This document shows, piece by piece, positions 47,406 through 57,633 of a DNA stretch of 64,000 bases; the stretch's first letter is position 1; each line of letters starts with the position of its first letter. The DNA lies in NCBI GenBank assembly GCA_003278805.1, contig QCDC01000006.1:24646-88645 (forward strand), read 5' to 3'. This stretch comes from Pelagibacteraceae bacterium AG-349-L17 (GTDB lineage: Bacteria; Pseudomonadota; Alphaproteobacteria; Pelagibacterales; Pelagibacteraceae). Made by a program: the position numbers and the translations under genes. The notes beneath the pieces were generated by a model, which worked only from the letters and a program-made list of their open reading frames with translations, made no database searches and had not been told where the DNA came from.

Positions 47406-49223
47406 ATGGAAAAAAATTTATATATCGATGCTTCGCATCCTAACGAAACCAGAGTTGTGCTTAAATCAGGCGAAAATATTGAAGATTACGAGTACGAAGG
47501 TTTAAAAAATAACTTAATTAAAAATAATATATATTTAGGCAAAGTAAGTAGAATTGAACCCTCTTTGCAAGCAGCCTTTGTTGATTTTGGAAGAGAGAGG
47601 CATGGGTTTTTGTCTTTTAATGACATTCAATCAGATTATTATCAGATACCAAAAGCAGATTTAGAAAGAATTAAAGAGGAGGAAGAAAAAGCTAGAGAGG
47701 AACTTTCAAGAGAAGTTGAAGCTAAAGAAGAGGAAAATATTGCTGAAGGAAAACTAGAAATTGATGATCCTATAGAAAAGATATCAGAGGAACAAATAGA
47801 AGAAGATTCAAATAATAAAGAAAATATTGCTGAAAAAGAAAATTTAGATGATGGAAAAGAAAAAAAGAAAGAGCATAAATTTAAATTTAAAAGATATAAA
47901 ATTCAGGAGGTAATTAAACCTAACCAGGTAATTCTTGTACAAGTTATTAAAGACGAGAGAGGTCAAAAAGGTGCTGCTTTAAGCACTTTCATTTCTATTG
48001 CTGGTAAGTATATAGTATTAATGCCAAACACTCCTAAAGGAGGAGGTATATCAAGAAAAATATTTAATCCTGCTGACAGAAAAAAAATAAGATCAATTTT
48101 AAATGAAATTGAAATACCTAAAGAGATGGGTTTAATTGTCAGAACTGCTGGAAGCAATAAAACAAAAAATGAAATAAATAGTGATTTAGAAACTTTGATT
48201 AATTCTTGGAGTCAAATAAAAGAAAATGCAATAAACTCTATTGCTCCTTCTTTAATACATCAAGAAAGTGAAATAATAAAAAGAACATTAAGAGATATGT
48301 TTGACGAAAATACCAAAAATATAATTGTAGAAGGTAACGAAGGTTATAAAAAAACTCAATCATTCATGAAAACAATGATGCCATCAAATGTCAAAAAAGT
48401 AAAAAAATATAGAGGAAAAATTCCACTTTTTATTCAAGAAAATATCGAACAAAAGTTAAATCAAATTTTTGACTCAGAAATTAAACTAAGGTCAGGAGGA
48501 TATTTGGTTATTAACCCGACAGAGGCTTTAGTTTCTATCGATATAAATTCTGGAAGTTCAATAAAAGGAAAAAATGTTGAAAGCACTGCTCTAGATACGA
48601 ATATCGAAGCTGCAGAGGAAATTGCAAGACAAATAAAGATAAGAGATTTGTCTGGTTTGATCATTATAGATTTTATTGATATGCTTAGTTATGGAAATAG
48701 GAGGTTGGTAGAAAAAAAACTTAAAGAAAAATGTAGGTCAGATAGAGCTAGAATTCAAATTGGAAAAATAAGTAATTTTGGTCTTCTGGAGATGTCAAGA
48801 CAAAGACTAAGAGAAAGCGCAATTAAATGGAAAGTTACATTAACAGACGAGTCTTTTGCCCAAAAACTTTTAAAAATTGTTGAGTTAAAAGCAGTAATAA
48901 ACAAAGCTAAATTTGTTGAATTAAAAGTTTGTAAAAAAATTTCAGATTTCCTTAAAGAAAATTTTATTAGTGACTTAACTTATTTTGAGAAAAAAAATAA
49001 AATGAAAATAGATATTATTAGCGATAATTCTTTAATTATACCTGAGTACATTATAGACATAAAAAATAAATCAAAAAAAACAATAGAACTAATAGAATAT
49101 TATGAAAAATTAAAAAATTTAGAAACACAAAATAAAGAAGATAAATTTTCAGAAAAAAAAGAAAATAAAAAGATTAATAAAAAAAAATATAATAAAAAAG
49201 GGTATTATAAAAAGACTAAATAA
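47406..49223 (+). CDS. rne: Ribonuclease E/G family endoribonuclease (short RNase E)
   Basis: S1 domain [18 protein letters not shown] and catalytic blocks [10 protein letters not shown] and IIIDFIDM. There is an acidic insertion and a Lys-rich tail. Confidence 0.85.
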   Translation: MEKNLYIDASHPNETRVVLKSGENIEDYEYEGLKNNLIKNNIYLGKVSRIEPSLQAAFVDFGRERHGFLSFNDIQSDYYQIPKADLERIKEEEEKAREELSREVEAKEEENIAEGKLEIDDPIEKISEEQIEEDSNNKENIAEKENLDDGKEKKKEHKFKFKRYKIQEVIKPNQVILVQVIKDERGQKGAALSTFISIAGKYIVLMPNTPKGGGISRKIFNPADRKKIRSILNEIEIPKEMGLIVRTAGSNKTKNEINSDLETLINSWSQIKENAINSIAPSLIHQESEIIKRTLRDMFDENTKNIIVEGNEGYKKTQSFMKTMMPSNVKKVKKYRGKIPLFIQENIEQKLNQIFDSEIKLRSGGYLVINPTEALVSIDINSGSSIKGKNVESTALDTNIEAAEEIARQIKIRDLSGLIIIDFIDMLSYGNRRLVEKKLKEKCRSDRARIQIGKISNFGLLEMSRQRLRESAIKWKVTLTDESFAQKLLKIVELKAVINKAKFVELKVCKKISDFLKENFISDLTYFEKKNKMKIDIISDNSLIIPEYIIDIKNKSKKTIELIEYYEKLKNLETQNKEDKFSEKKENKKINKKKYNKKGYYKKTK

Positions 49224-50004
49224 TTCCTTTTGATGGTGAAGATGGATTACCCATTAAAATTTTATCTATTCTTCCAGATTTGTAAGATAGTCTTCCTGCA
49301 ATAACAGCATTTTTAAAAGCTAAAGCCATTTCAAATGGTTTTTTTGCTTTTGCTATAGCGGTGTTAATAAGCACTCCGTCACATCCTAATTCCATAGCAA
49401 TTGTAGCGTCTGAGGCTTGACCCAAACCAGCATCAATAATTAATGGAAGTTTAGTTTGTTTTCTAATTATTTGAATATTGATTTTGTTTTGTATGCCTAG
49501 TCCTGATCCAATTGGTGCAGCTAGAGGCATAATTGCTTCAGCACCTGAATTCTCTAACCGCTTAGCCATTAAAGGATCATCATTACAATAAACCATAACC
49601 TTAAAACCTTCTTTAGCGAGAACTTCAGTAGATTTTAAAGTTTCAATCATGTCGGGAAATAAATTCTTTTTATCACCTAAAACTTCTAATTTAACTAACT
49701 TCCAACCACCTATTTCTCTTGCTAATCTCAAAGTTCTCAAAGCCTCTTTTGAATTAAAACATCCAGCAGTATTGGGCAAATAAGTAATTTTTTTTGGATC
49801 GATATAATCCATAAGCAAAGGCTTATTTTTATCTGAAATATTAACCCTTCTTACGGCAACTGTTACGATTTCTGCTCCTGAGAGTTTAATTGCTTTTGCG
49901 CACTCAGACATACTTTTATATTTTCCAGTTCCAACGATTAATCTGGAATTAAATTTTTTATTCGCAATAATTAAATTATCTTTTTTCAAATTAACCACCT
50001 CCAA
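49216..50004 (-). CDS. thiG: Thiazole synthase ThiG
   Basis: [15 protein letters not shown] and PLIIDAGLG motifs. Confidence 0.9.
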   Translation of the reverse strand: MEVVNLKKDNLIIANKKFNSRLIVGTGKYKSMSECAKAIKLSGAEIVTVAVRRVNISDKNKPLLMDYIDPKKITYLPNTAGCFNSKEALRTLRLAREIGGWKLVKLEVLGDKKNLFPDMIETLKSTEVLAKEGFKVMVYCNDDPLMAKRLENSGAEAIMPLAAPIGSGLGIQNKINIQIIRKQTKLPLIIDAGLGQASDATIAMELGCDGVLINTAIAKAKKPFEMALAFKNAVIAGRLSYKSGRIDKILMGNPSSPSKGII

Positions 50005-50209
50005 TAAAATGAACTATTTCAATTTTATCATTTTTATTTAATTTTATTTTATTAATTTTTTTTTTATCTATTATTTCTTTATTAAGCTCAATAGCTACTT
50101 TATTTAATGGAATTTTTAGATTTTTTAGCACTACAGAAAGGGTAGAATCTTGATTTATAGATTTGATTTTACCATTTATTTTAATTTTTATTTTTTTTAT
50201 TTTCTTCAT
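49991..50209 (-). CDS. thiS: Sulfur-carrier protein ThiS
   Basis: 72 aa, [14 protein letters not shown]...VAIELN...[10 protein letters not shown] with a C-terminal GG. I prefer the start at 50209, because the track's 50308 start would run antisense into aroQ. Confidence 0.75.
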   Translation of the reverse strand: MKKIKKIKIKINGKIKSINQDSTLSVVLKNLKIPLNKVAIELNKEIIDKKKINKIKLNKNDKIEIVHFIGGG

Positions 50210-50225
50210 CGTATATAAGTGCTGA

Positions 50226-50675
50226 ATGAATAATAAAATAATTATTATTAATGGTCCAAATCTTAATCTATTAGGAGAAAGAGAACAATCACAATATGGA
50301 TCAACCACGTTTGACCAACTTAAAGAAAATTGTTCTAAAAAAGGACAAGAAATTGGTCTTGATATTGAATTTGCTCAATCTAATATTGAAGGAGAACTTG
50401 TTAATATTATTCAAGATGCTAGGAAAAAATTTGATGGTATGATTATAAATGCTGCTGCATTTACTCATACTTCTGTAGCCATAAGAGATGCTTTAGATTT
50501 ATTCAAAAAACCCATAATCGAGATACATTTATCTAATATTTATAAAAGAGAGGAATTTAGACATAAATCACTTATAAGTGGTGTCGTAACTGGAGGAATT
50601 TTTGGATTAGGTGCCGAAGGATATATTTTGGCCATAATTTCATTACAAAAGACTTTTCAAAATGAAAATAGATAA
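50226..50675 (+). CDS. aroQ: Type II 3-dehydroquinate dehydratase
   Basis: IIIINGPNLNLLGERE, INAAAFTHTSVA and IEIHLSNI motifs. Confidence 0.9.
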   Translation: MNNKIIIINGPNLNLLGEREQSQYGSTTFDQLKENCSKKGQEIGLDIEFAQSNIEGELVNIIQDARKKFDGMIINAAAFTHTSVAIRDALDLFKKPIIEIHLSNIYKREEFRHKSLISGVVTGGIFGLGAEGYILAIISLQKTFQNENR

Positions 50676-51093
50676 AAAAATAATTAAAGAATTAAGTGAT
50701 TATTTAAAAGAATTTAATCTTACTGAAATTGAGATAACTGAAAAAGATACAAAAATTAAAGTATCAAAAAATAATGTTTCAATTAACCAGCCAAAAGTTG
50801 TTTCACCCTCATCACCTACAACAGTTTCAGCACCTAATCAAACTCAAAATATTAAATCAGGAACTGAAATTACTTCACCTATAATCGGAACTGCCTATCA
50901 TGCTCCAGAACCTGGTGCTAAAAAATTTGTTGAGGTTGGAAAAAAAATTAAAAAAGGTGATACAATAATGATTGTTGAGGCAATGAAAACAATGAACCAT
51001 GTTCCTTCAACAGCAGATGGTGTAGTAAAAGAAATTTGTGTTGAAGATGGTCAACCTGTAGAATTTGGTCAAACTATTATTGTCCTAGAATAA
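50662..51093 (+). CDS. accB: Biotin carboxyl carrier protein AccB
   Basis: Pro/Ser linker and biotinylation motif VEAMKTMN. Confidence 0.9.
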   Translation: MKIDKKIIKELSDYLKEFNLTEIEITEKDTKIKVSKNNVSINQPKVVSPSSPTTVSAPNQTQNIKSGTEITSPIIGTAYHAPEPGAKKFVEVGKKIKKGDTIMIVEAMKTMNHVPSTADGVVKEICVEDGQPVEFGQTIIVLE

Positions 51094-51096
51094 ATA

Positions 51097-52434
51097 ATGT
51101 TTAAAAAAATTTTAATTGCAAACCGTGGGGAAATTGCAGTTAGAATTATTAGAGCATGTAAAGAGTGGGGAATTTCTACTGTAGCTGTTCATTCTGATGT
51201 AGATAGAGAAAGTATGCATGTTAGAATGGCTGATGAAAGTGTATGTATTGGTTCTCATCAACCAGCAAATAGTTATTTAAATATTCCAGCATTAATGTCT
51301 GCAATAGAACTTACTAATGCTGAAGCCGTTCATCCGGGCTATGGTTTTCTCTCTGAAAATGCAAATTTTGCAAGAATTTTAGAAGAAAATAAAATTAATT
51401 TTATTGGAGCCTCATCAAAACATATTGAAATGATGGGAGATAAAATCCAAGCAAAAAGAATAGCTAAAGAAAATGGATTGCCTGTTATCGAAGGGTCTGA
51501 AGGAGGTGTAAAACATGTTTCTGAAGCAAAAGAACTTTGTAAAAAAATTGGTTTTCCTATCTTAATCAAAGCCTCAGGTGGAGGTGGAGGAAAAGGTATG
51601 AAAATAGTTTATAAGGAAGATGAATTTGAGTCGTTGTTTTCAACAGCTAAATCTGAAGCACAAAAATACTTTGGTAATGATGAGGTTTATATTGAAAAAT
51701 TTTTTCAAAATCCAAGACATATTGAGGTTCAAATATTAGCTGGAAAAAATAGAGTTGTTCACCTTCATGAAAGAGATTGTTCGGTTCAAAGAAGACATCA
51801 AAAATTAATAGAGGAAACACCAAGTCCAGTTTTAAATGATGAAACTAGAAAAGATTTATTTGAGAGAACAGTAAAAATGGTTGCTAAAATAGGTTATATG
51901 GGAGCTGGTACAGTTGAATTTATATATGAAGATGGGAAATTTTATTTCCTTGAAATGAATACAAGAGTTCAAGTTGAACATCCAGTAACAGAAATGGTTA
52001 CAGGGATCGATATAATTAAAGAACAAATTTGGATTGCTTTTTCAGGAGAAACAGCTTTGAAACAAAGTGATATAAATCCTAGAGGACATGCAATTGAATG
52101 TAGAATAAATGCTGAAGATGCTAGTAAAAACTTCCAGCCTTCGCCTGGAGTTATTACGATGTGTCATCAACCATCTGGTTTTAGAACCAGAGTTGATGGT
52201 GCAATATTTCAAGGATATAAAGTAACACCTTATTACGACAGTATGGTTTGTAAATTAATTTGTCATGGAAGAAACCGAACAGAAGCAATTCAAAGAATGA
52301 ATAGATCTTTAGATGAATTTGTTATTGAGGGAATAACAACAACAATACCTCTACATAAAAAATTACTTAATCACAAAAAATTTATTAATTCAGATTTTAA
52401 TGTTAGTTGGTTAGATAAAGACTCAATTGTTTAA
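51097..52434 (+). CDS. accC: Biotin carboxylase AccC
   Basis: KILIANRGEIAVRIIRA, GGGGKGM and EMNTRVQVEHPVTE motifs. Confidence 0.95.
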   Translation: MFKKILIANRGEIAVRIIRACKEWGISTVAVHSDVDRESMHVRMADESVCIGSHQPANSYLNIPALMSAIELTNAEAVHPGYGFLSENANFARILEENKINFIGASSKHIEMMGDKIQAKRIAKENGLPVIEGSEGGVKHVSEAKELCKKIGFPILIKASGGGGGKGMKIVYKEDEFESLFSTAKSEAQKYFGNDEVYIEKFFQNPRHIEVQILAGKNRVVHLHERDCSVQRRHQKLIEETPSPVLNDETRKDLFERTVKMVAKIGYMGAGTVEFIYEDGKFYFLEMNTRVQVEHPVTEMVTGIDIIKEQIWIAFSGETALKQSDINPRGHAIECRINAEDASKNFQPSPGVITMCHQPSGFRTRVDGAIFQGYKVTPYYDSMVCKLICHGRNRTEAIQRMNRSLDEFVIEGITTTIPLHKKLLNHKKFINSDFNVSWLDKDSIV

Positions 52435-52838
52435 TAACATTTCACAAGCCAAACATCATAAACAGCATGATCAAAAGGTGCTATTGATGGACTTGATGAA
52501 AACATCCAACCATTGAAAATAAATACTTCATCATTATTTTTATTAGTCAAATCTCGAACTTGTATATAAGCAGCTATTTCTGGATTATCATCAAATTCTG
52601 AATTTTTACATTTTAGACTTTTAATTGATAAATCTTTAAACTTTATTAATTCTCCATTTTTAAGTTTAAGTAAGGTATTTTTAGAACTTATTTTATCCAA
52701 AATTTTTATATCGGTAAAAGTTCCCTCTAAATTACTATTTGCGTTTGAGTTTAAAACTAAGCAAAAATAAAATAAAAAAACTAAATAGATTAATTTAAAA
52801 TTATTCTTTCCAACTTGAGTATTTCTTTTTAACACCAT
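52431..52838 (-). CDS. DUF2155-like secreted protein
   Basis: Signal peptide, 135 aa, and located directly downstream of the NDUFA12 homologue as in other Alphaproteobacteria. The assignment rests on synteny and size only. Confidence 0.55.
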   Translation of the reverse strand: MVLKRNTQVGKNNFKLIYLVFLFYFCLVLNSNANSNLEGTFTDIKILDKISSKNTLLKLKNGELIKFKDLSIKSLKCKNSEFDDNPEIAAYIQVRDLTNKNNDEVFIFNGWMFSSSPSIAPFDHAVYDVWLVKCY

Positions 52839-53160
52839 CTTTATTTTTATTTGGATAATATGCTGAGTCAGTTCCAGTTAAATTTTCTTGATGTGGCTTT
52901 TGCCATTTGTATTTTTCTAAGATATGTTTTTTCTCAATTTTATTAGGTGTAAAATGTATCCAAGAAAACCACTCAACAGGAATTTTAGATGCATCAATTG
53001 TGTTTGAATAGATAACCCATCTTTTTCCATTTTTACTCTCATAGTATTTATTACCTAGTTCATCAGTTCCAACTAATTTTCCAAAAAAAATAGTTTTTAG
53101 CCTTGTTCCAAAAGTATCTTGATTCCACCACGTGAAAATTTTTCTTAGGAGTGTCAACAT
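52801..53160 (-). CDS. NADH:ubiquinone oxidoreductase subunit NDUFA12 (B17.2) family protein
   Basis: TWWNQDTFGTRLKTIFFGKLVGTDELGNKYYE...PVEWFSWIH matches the NDUFA12 pattern. Confidence 0.75.
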   Translation of the reverse strand: MLTLLRKIFTWWNQDTFGTRLKTIFFGKLVGTDELGNKYYESKNGKRWVIYSNTIDASKIPVEWFSWIHFTPNKIEKKHILEKYKWQKPHQENLTGTDSAYYPNKNKDGVKKKYSSWKE

Positions 53161-53273
53161 AATTTTTTTTTATTTATTCAATTAAAAATTGTAAAATTAA
53201 AATTAGACTAAAATATGAATATGTATATAAATTAATTGATTCATTATTCAAATTAAATTTAAATTGAGGTCAA

Positions 53274-54098
53274 ATGGCAAAGTATTTAGTTGAAACTTAT
53301 TACACCTGTAACTTTAAGGTAAATCATTATTTAGATGATATCAATGAGGCGGAGTTAAAAAATTTAGAAAAGAGAGATGATGGGAAATTCGAAGTTTTAG
53401 ATGTAAAACTTGATAACAGAAAAACTAAAAGCCTAGACCCTAAAAACAATAAAGTCTTAGAAAGCAACAAAGTAGAAGTAGTTAAAGAAACAAACAATAA
53501 AAGTCTAACAAATAAAGAAAGTGTAATAACAAGCATAAACACAACTAATGAAAAGTCAGGTAAAAGATTTAGCATGCCTGACAGAAGAAAAGGATATATA
53601 CAAAAAGCTACTATCGGAGACCACAAAGTTTACCTACATACTGGAGAATATGAAGATGGAAAAATTGGAGAAATATTTATTGATACTAGTAAAGAAGGTG
53701 AACTTGTAAAAGCTTTAATGAATAACTTTGCAATTGCTGTCTCTTTAGGCCTTCAATATGGTGTTCCGTTAGACGAGTTTATAAGCGCATTTGTTGGTAC
53801 AAAATTTGAACCATCAGGTAAAGTCCATGGTAATGATAGAATTTTAAGCGCAACATCAATCTTAGATTATATTTTCAGAGAATTAGCTATTTCGTATCAA
53901 AATAGAGAAGATCTAGCTCATACTCCAACTATTGGAGGAAATGATACCATTAATACCGAAGATCAAAACTCTGAAGATCAAAATCAATTATTAAAAATTG
54001 TAAAAGATATAACTAGTAAAGGTTTCGTGAGAAATAATTATAAAAAAAATCTAGTTGATCTTTCAGATGTAAAAATAAGTTTAAAAGGCAAAAAATAA
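53274..54098 (+). CDS. Stand-alone homologue of the class II ribonucleotide reductase (NrdJ) C-terminal / TSCPD-like domain
   Basis: Residues ~98-210, [37 protein letters not shown]...[23 protein letters not shown]...FEPSG...[16 protein letters not shown], track the alphaproteobacterial NrdJ C-terminus as I recall it. The N- and C-terminal flanks are K/N-rich and unique. Confidence 0.55.
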   Translation: MAKYLVETYYTCNFKVNHYLDDINEAELKNLEKRDDGKFEVLDVKLDNRKTKSLDPKNNKVLESNKVEVVKETNNKSLTNKESVITSINTTNEKSGKRFSMPDRRKGYIQKATIGDHKVYLHTGEYEDGKIGEIFIDTSKEGELVKALMNNFAIAVSLGLQYGVPLDEFISAFVGTKFEPSGKVHGNDRILSATSILDYIFRELAISYQNREDLAHTPTIGGNDTINTEDQNSEDQNQLLKIVKDITSKGFVRNNYKKNLVDLSDVKISLKGKK

Positions 54099-54099
54099 C

Positions 54100-55884
54100 T
54101 TATTTTTTAGTTTTTAAAGCTAAATTTAATTCTTTTAATTGATCTGGATTTACCTCAGATGGTGCATTCATCATCAAATCTTGCGCGTTTTGGTTCATTG
54201 GAAAAATAGTAACTTCCCTAATATTTTTCTCATTAGCTAGCAACATTACGATTCTATCAATACCAGGGGCTATTCCTCCGTGTGGTGGTGCACCATAACT
54301 AAGTGCATTAATCATACCACTAAATTTTTCATCTACTTGATTTTTATCATATCCAGCAATGGAAAAAAGTTTATACATAAGCTCCGGTTTATGATTTCTA
54401 ATTGCTCCTGAAGATAATTCTATACCATTACAAACTATATCGTATTGATAAGCAAGTATATCTAATGGGTTTTCAAAATCTATTTTGCTTAAATCACCTT
54501 GAGGCATTGAAAATGGATTGTGACTAAATTCAATCTTGTTTGTTGACTTATCTTTTTCAAACATTGGATAGTCTACTATCCAGCAAAATGCGAAAACATT
54601 TTCATCAATTAAATCTAGATCTTTTGCAATTTTATCTCTTGCGAGAGCAGTAATTTTTTCTAATTCATCTTGTTTTCCACAAGCCATGAAAATACTATCC
54701 CCTATTTCAGAGTTTGTTTTTTTCATGATTTCAAGCAATGCTTCTTGGGAAAAGAATTTTCCTATAGGGCCTTTTGCTGAAATATCTTTATCTTTCTCAA
54801 AAGTAAAATAAGCTAAACCAGAAGCACCTTCTTCTTTTGCCCATTTGTCAATATTATCAAAAAAACTTCTTGGATTATCTTTTGTATTTTTTGTAACAAT
54901 ACATCTTACTTTAGATCCAGATTTTACTAATTTTTTAAATATTTCAAATGTAACATCTTCTCGTGTAAAAATTTCAGTAATATCATTTACAATAAGTGGA
55001 TTTCTTAAATCTGGTTTATCTGTACCATATTTAAGCATTGCTTCCTTGTATGAAATCTTTGGAAATTTATCAAACATCAGTTTTTTAGTCGAAAAATTTT
55101 TAAATGTATTAAGCATTAATTTCTCAACTACATTGAATACATCTTCCTGCTCAACAAATGACATTTCTAAATCTAATTGATAAAATTCTCCAGGACTTCT
55201 GTCTGCTCTTGCATCTTCGTCTCTAAAACAAGGTGCAATTTGAAAATATCTATCGAAACCTGAGACCATTATTAATTGTTTAAATTGTTGAGGAGCCTGA
55301 GGTAATGCATAAAATTTTCCGGGATTTAAACGACTAGGCACTAAAAAATCTCTAGCACCCTCTGGACTAGATGAGGTTAAAATTGGTGTTTGAAATTCTA
55401 AAAAACCTAATTTAGTCATTTCATTTCTGATGTATGAAATAACTTTAGATCTTAAAATAATATTTTCATGAATTTTTTTTCTTCTTAAATCTAAAAATCT
55501 ATATTTCAATCTTATTTCTTCAGCATATTCTTGATCACTAAAGATTGGCATAGGTAACTCTTTACAAGTACCCAAAACTTCATACTTATCAATTACAATC
55601 TCTATTTCACCTGTGTCTATTTCAGAATTAATTGTTTCTTTAGATCTATTAACTACTTTTCCCTCAACTTTAATTACAGTCTCTAATTGCATTTTTTCTA
55701 ATTCAGAAAAATATTTATTATCTTTATCAATTATACATTGGGTAATTCCATAATTATCTCTCAAATCAATAAATAATAAATTTCCATGGTCTCTTTTTTT
55801 ATTTATCCAGCCTGAAAGAGAAATTTTTTTATCTACATCCTCTTTTCTTAACTCGTTACACTTATGTGTTCTGTACTTATTCAA
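54100..55884 (-). CDS. aspS: Aspartate--tRNA ligase
   Basis: Class II motifs FQIAPCFRDED and GGIAPGIDR, with an OB-fold N-terminus. TTG start. Confidence 0.95.
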   Translation of the reverse strand: MNKYRTHKCNELRKEDVDKKISLSGWINKKRDHGNLLFIDLRDNYGITQCIIDKDNKYFSELEKMQLETVIKVEGKVVNRSKETINSEIDTGEIEIVIDKYEVLGTCKELPMPIFSDQEYAEEIRLKYRFLDLRRKKIHENIILRSKVISYIRNEMTKLGFLEFQTPILTSSSPEGARDFLVPSRLNPGKFYALPQAPQQFKQLIMVSGFDRYFQIAPCFRDEDARADRSPGEFYQLDLEMSFVEQEDVFNVVEKLMLNTFKNFSTKKLMFDKFPKISYKEAMLKYGTDKPDLRNPLIVNDITEIFTREDVTFEIFKKLVKSGSKVRCIVTKNTKDNPRSFFDNIDKWAKEEGASGLAYFTFEKDKDISAKGPIGKFFSQEALLEIMKKTNSEIGDSIFMACGKQDELEKITALARDKIAKDLDLIDENVFAFCWIVDYPMFEKDKSTNKIEFSHNPFSMPQGDLSKIDFENPLDILAYQYDIVCNGIELSSGAIRNHKPELMYKLFSIAGYDKNQVDEKFSGMINALSYGAPPHGGIAPGIDRIVMLLANEKNIREVTIFPMNQNAQDLMMNAPSEVNPDQLKELNLALKTKK

Positions 55885-56547
55885 TTAATCCTCTAATGCT
55901 TCTTTTATAATTTTAAAATCGATTGGTTTCTTTCTTTTTAAACTAATTTCGTCGATTTTATATATGAAATCGGAAATTTTGCTATAAGTTCTGTCAATTC
56001 TCTTAATTATAAATTCAATAAGTTTTTGGTCTATTAATATTTGACGATCAGAAAGATTTTTTAATATTAGTGCATAAATTAAATCGTCACCAGGTTTTTC
56101 AATTTGAGATAAAATAAAATTGGTACATCTTGAATTAAGATCATTTAATTTAAAATTAAAATCAACTATCGGTATTTTTGAGGTAACTATTAAATACTTA
56201 TTATCCTGATCTATTATATTTATAAGTGTAAATAATAAGTTTTCATTTATTTTTTCAGTTAAATCCTCAACAATAATATTTTCATAAATTTTAATTTGTT
56301 GAAGAAAGTGATTATTAATACCTTCTGCATTAATTTTAATTCCCCCATGCTTTTCTAAAAATATATTTATTAAATGACTTTTTCCTGAAAATTTTTCACC
56401 TATTAAGTTTATAAAATTTTTACCCCATTTTGGCCAACTATTTAAAAGGCTAAAAGAATGTTCGTTGCTGTTTGAAACATAAAAATCCTGATCTTTAAAA
56501 TTTTGCTCATAATCAAATTTAAGTATTTGCTGATTAAGATTTGTCAT
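55885..56547 (-). CDS. hdaA: DnaA-related regulatory inactivator (HdaA-like AAA+ protein)
   Basis: Walker A-like GEKFSGKSHL, ~220 aa, and a position near purMN like hda genes. Confidence 0.65.
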   Translation of the reverse strand: MTNLNQQILKFDYEQNFKDQDFYVSNSNEHSFSLLNSWPKWGKNFINLIGEKFSGKSHLINIFLEKHGGIKINAEGINNHFLQQIKIYENIIVEDLTEKINENLLFTLINIIDQDNKYLIVTSKIPIVDFNFKLNDLNSRCTNFILSQIEKPGDDLIYALILKNLSDRQILIDQKLIEFIIKRIDRTYSKISDFIYKIDEISLKRKKPIDFKIIKEALED

Positions 56548-57622
56548 TTAAAACCCAAATTTTATTTTTAATTTCAAAATCATAATTTTGATCACTCATA
56601 AGCTCTAAAAACTTGTTAGGTGTTCCATTAAAAATAACTTTATAAAAATTATTTTTATTATCAAATTTATAAATATAAAAATTATATATCAAATCTATAT
56701 CAGATAAAATTTTTTCAAATTTATTAATTTTTATATTATTAGAATTATCAATAGAAATATTTAAAGATAACTTCACCGAGGTATTAATTTCATTCTGTGA
56801 TTTCCAAAAATCTTCATAGACTAATTTTAAATTATCAATAAATTCTAATAACTCTTCTTCATCATCAAAATTAACTTCAGTATAATTTAAATTTTTTAAA
56901 TTGTTATTTTGATTAAAAAAAATTTTGTTAAATACTCTTACTTTATTATTATCCTTAAACACAATCAAAATAATATGATCATTTATATTGTATTTATTTA
57001 TAATTTCTTTGAAGTCATAAGTTTCCAAAATATTAATATTTTTTTTTATCAATCTAAAATCATCTAAATCTTGAGTAGGTAAAATATAATTTAAAAGACT
57101 ATATTTTTTATTATTTAAATTCCAACTTGAAAATAACTTATTCTCAGAGAACATTAAAACTTGATTTTTATTTTGATCAACAAGCACAGGAATAAATAAA
57201 AAATCTTTTTTCACAGGTAAAGATGGAAAAATATTTTTTGTTTCTAATAAATCAAATATATTTTTTTTATTAAATGAAACATTTAGTGCAAGATAATAAA
57301 TATCATCGATAAACTTTTCTTCCTTGATTGAGAAAGTTTCTATCATTCCTTTTATTTGATTAACTGGTATATTTCTTAATTTAATTTGATCTTTGCTTTG
57401 GACAATTGAAAATATTAACTCATTAAATGCCTTTATAAATCCTTTATCAATAATTTCATTTTTATTAAAATTTATTTCAAATGGTGTTGATATTTCAATA
57501 TCATTTATAGAAAATGACTTTGAATTAACTTTTTCTGTGGAAAAAAAAATATTTATTAAAGCAAGAAATAAAAAAAAATTATATAAAAGTCTTAATTTAT
57601 AAAGTAGAGAAATAAATTTCAT
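56534..57622 (-). CDS. Secreted hypothetical protein (possibly DUF2066-like)
   Basis: Signal peptide LYNFFLFLALINIFFSTEKVNS. The position between purM and hda mirrors DUF2066 genes of Gammaproteobacteria. I did not recognise any sequence motif. Confidence 0.4.
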   Translation of the reverse strand: MKFISLLYKLRLLYNFFLFLALINIFFSTEKVNSKSFSINDIEISTPFEINFNKNEIIDKGFIKAFNELIFSIVQSKDQIKLRNIPVNQIKGMIETFSIKEEKFIDDIYYLALNVSFNKKNIFDLLETKNIFPSLPVKKDFLFIPVLVDQNKNQVLMFSENKLFSSWNLNNKKYSLLNYILPTQDLDDFRLIKKNINILETYDFKEIINKYNINDHIILIVFKDNNKVRVFNKIFFNQNNNLKNLNYTEVNFDDEEELLEFIDNLKLVYEDFWKSQNEINTSVKLSLNISIDNSNNIKINKFEKILSDIDLIYNFYIYKFDNKNNFYKVIFNGTPNKFLELMSDQNYDFEIKNKIWVLNDKS

Positions 57623-57633
57623 AAAACATATTA

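Noticed and set aside
47323-47505. 60-aa ORF spanning the mrcA-rne spacer and the rne start.
   Set aside because: It overlaps the well-supported rne start in another frame, is Lys/Leu-rich low complexity, and has no SD. The 100-nt spacer is more plausibly the rne 5' UTR.
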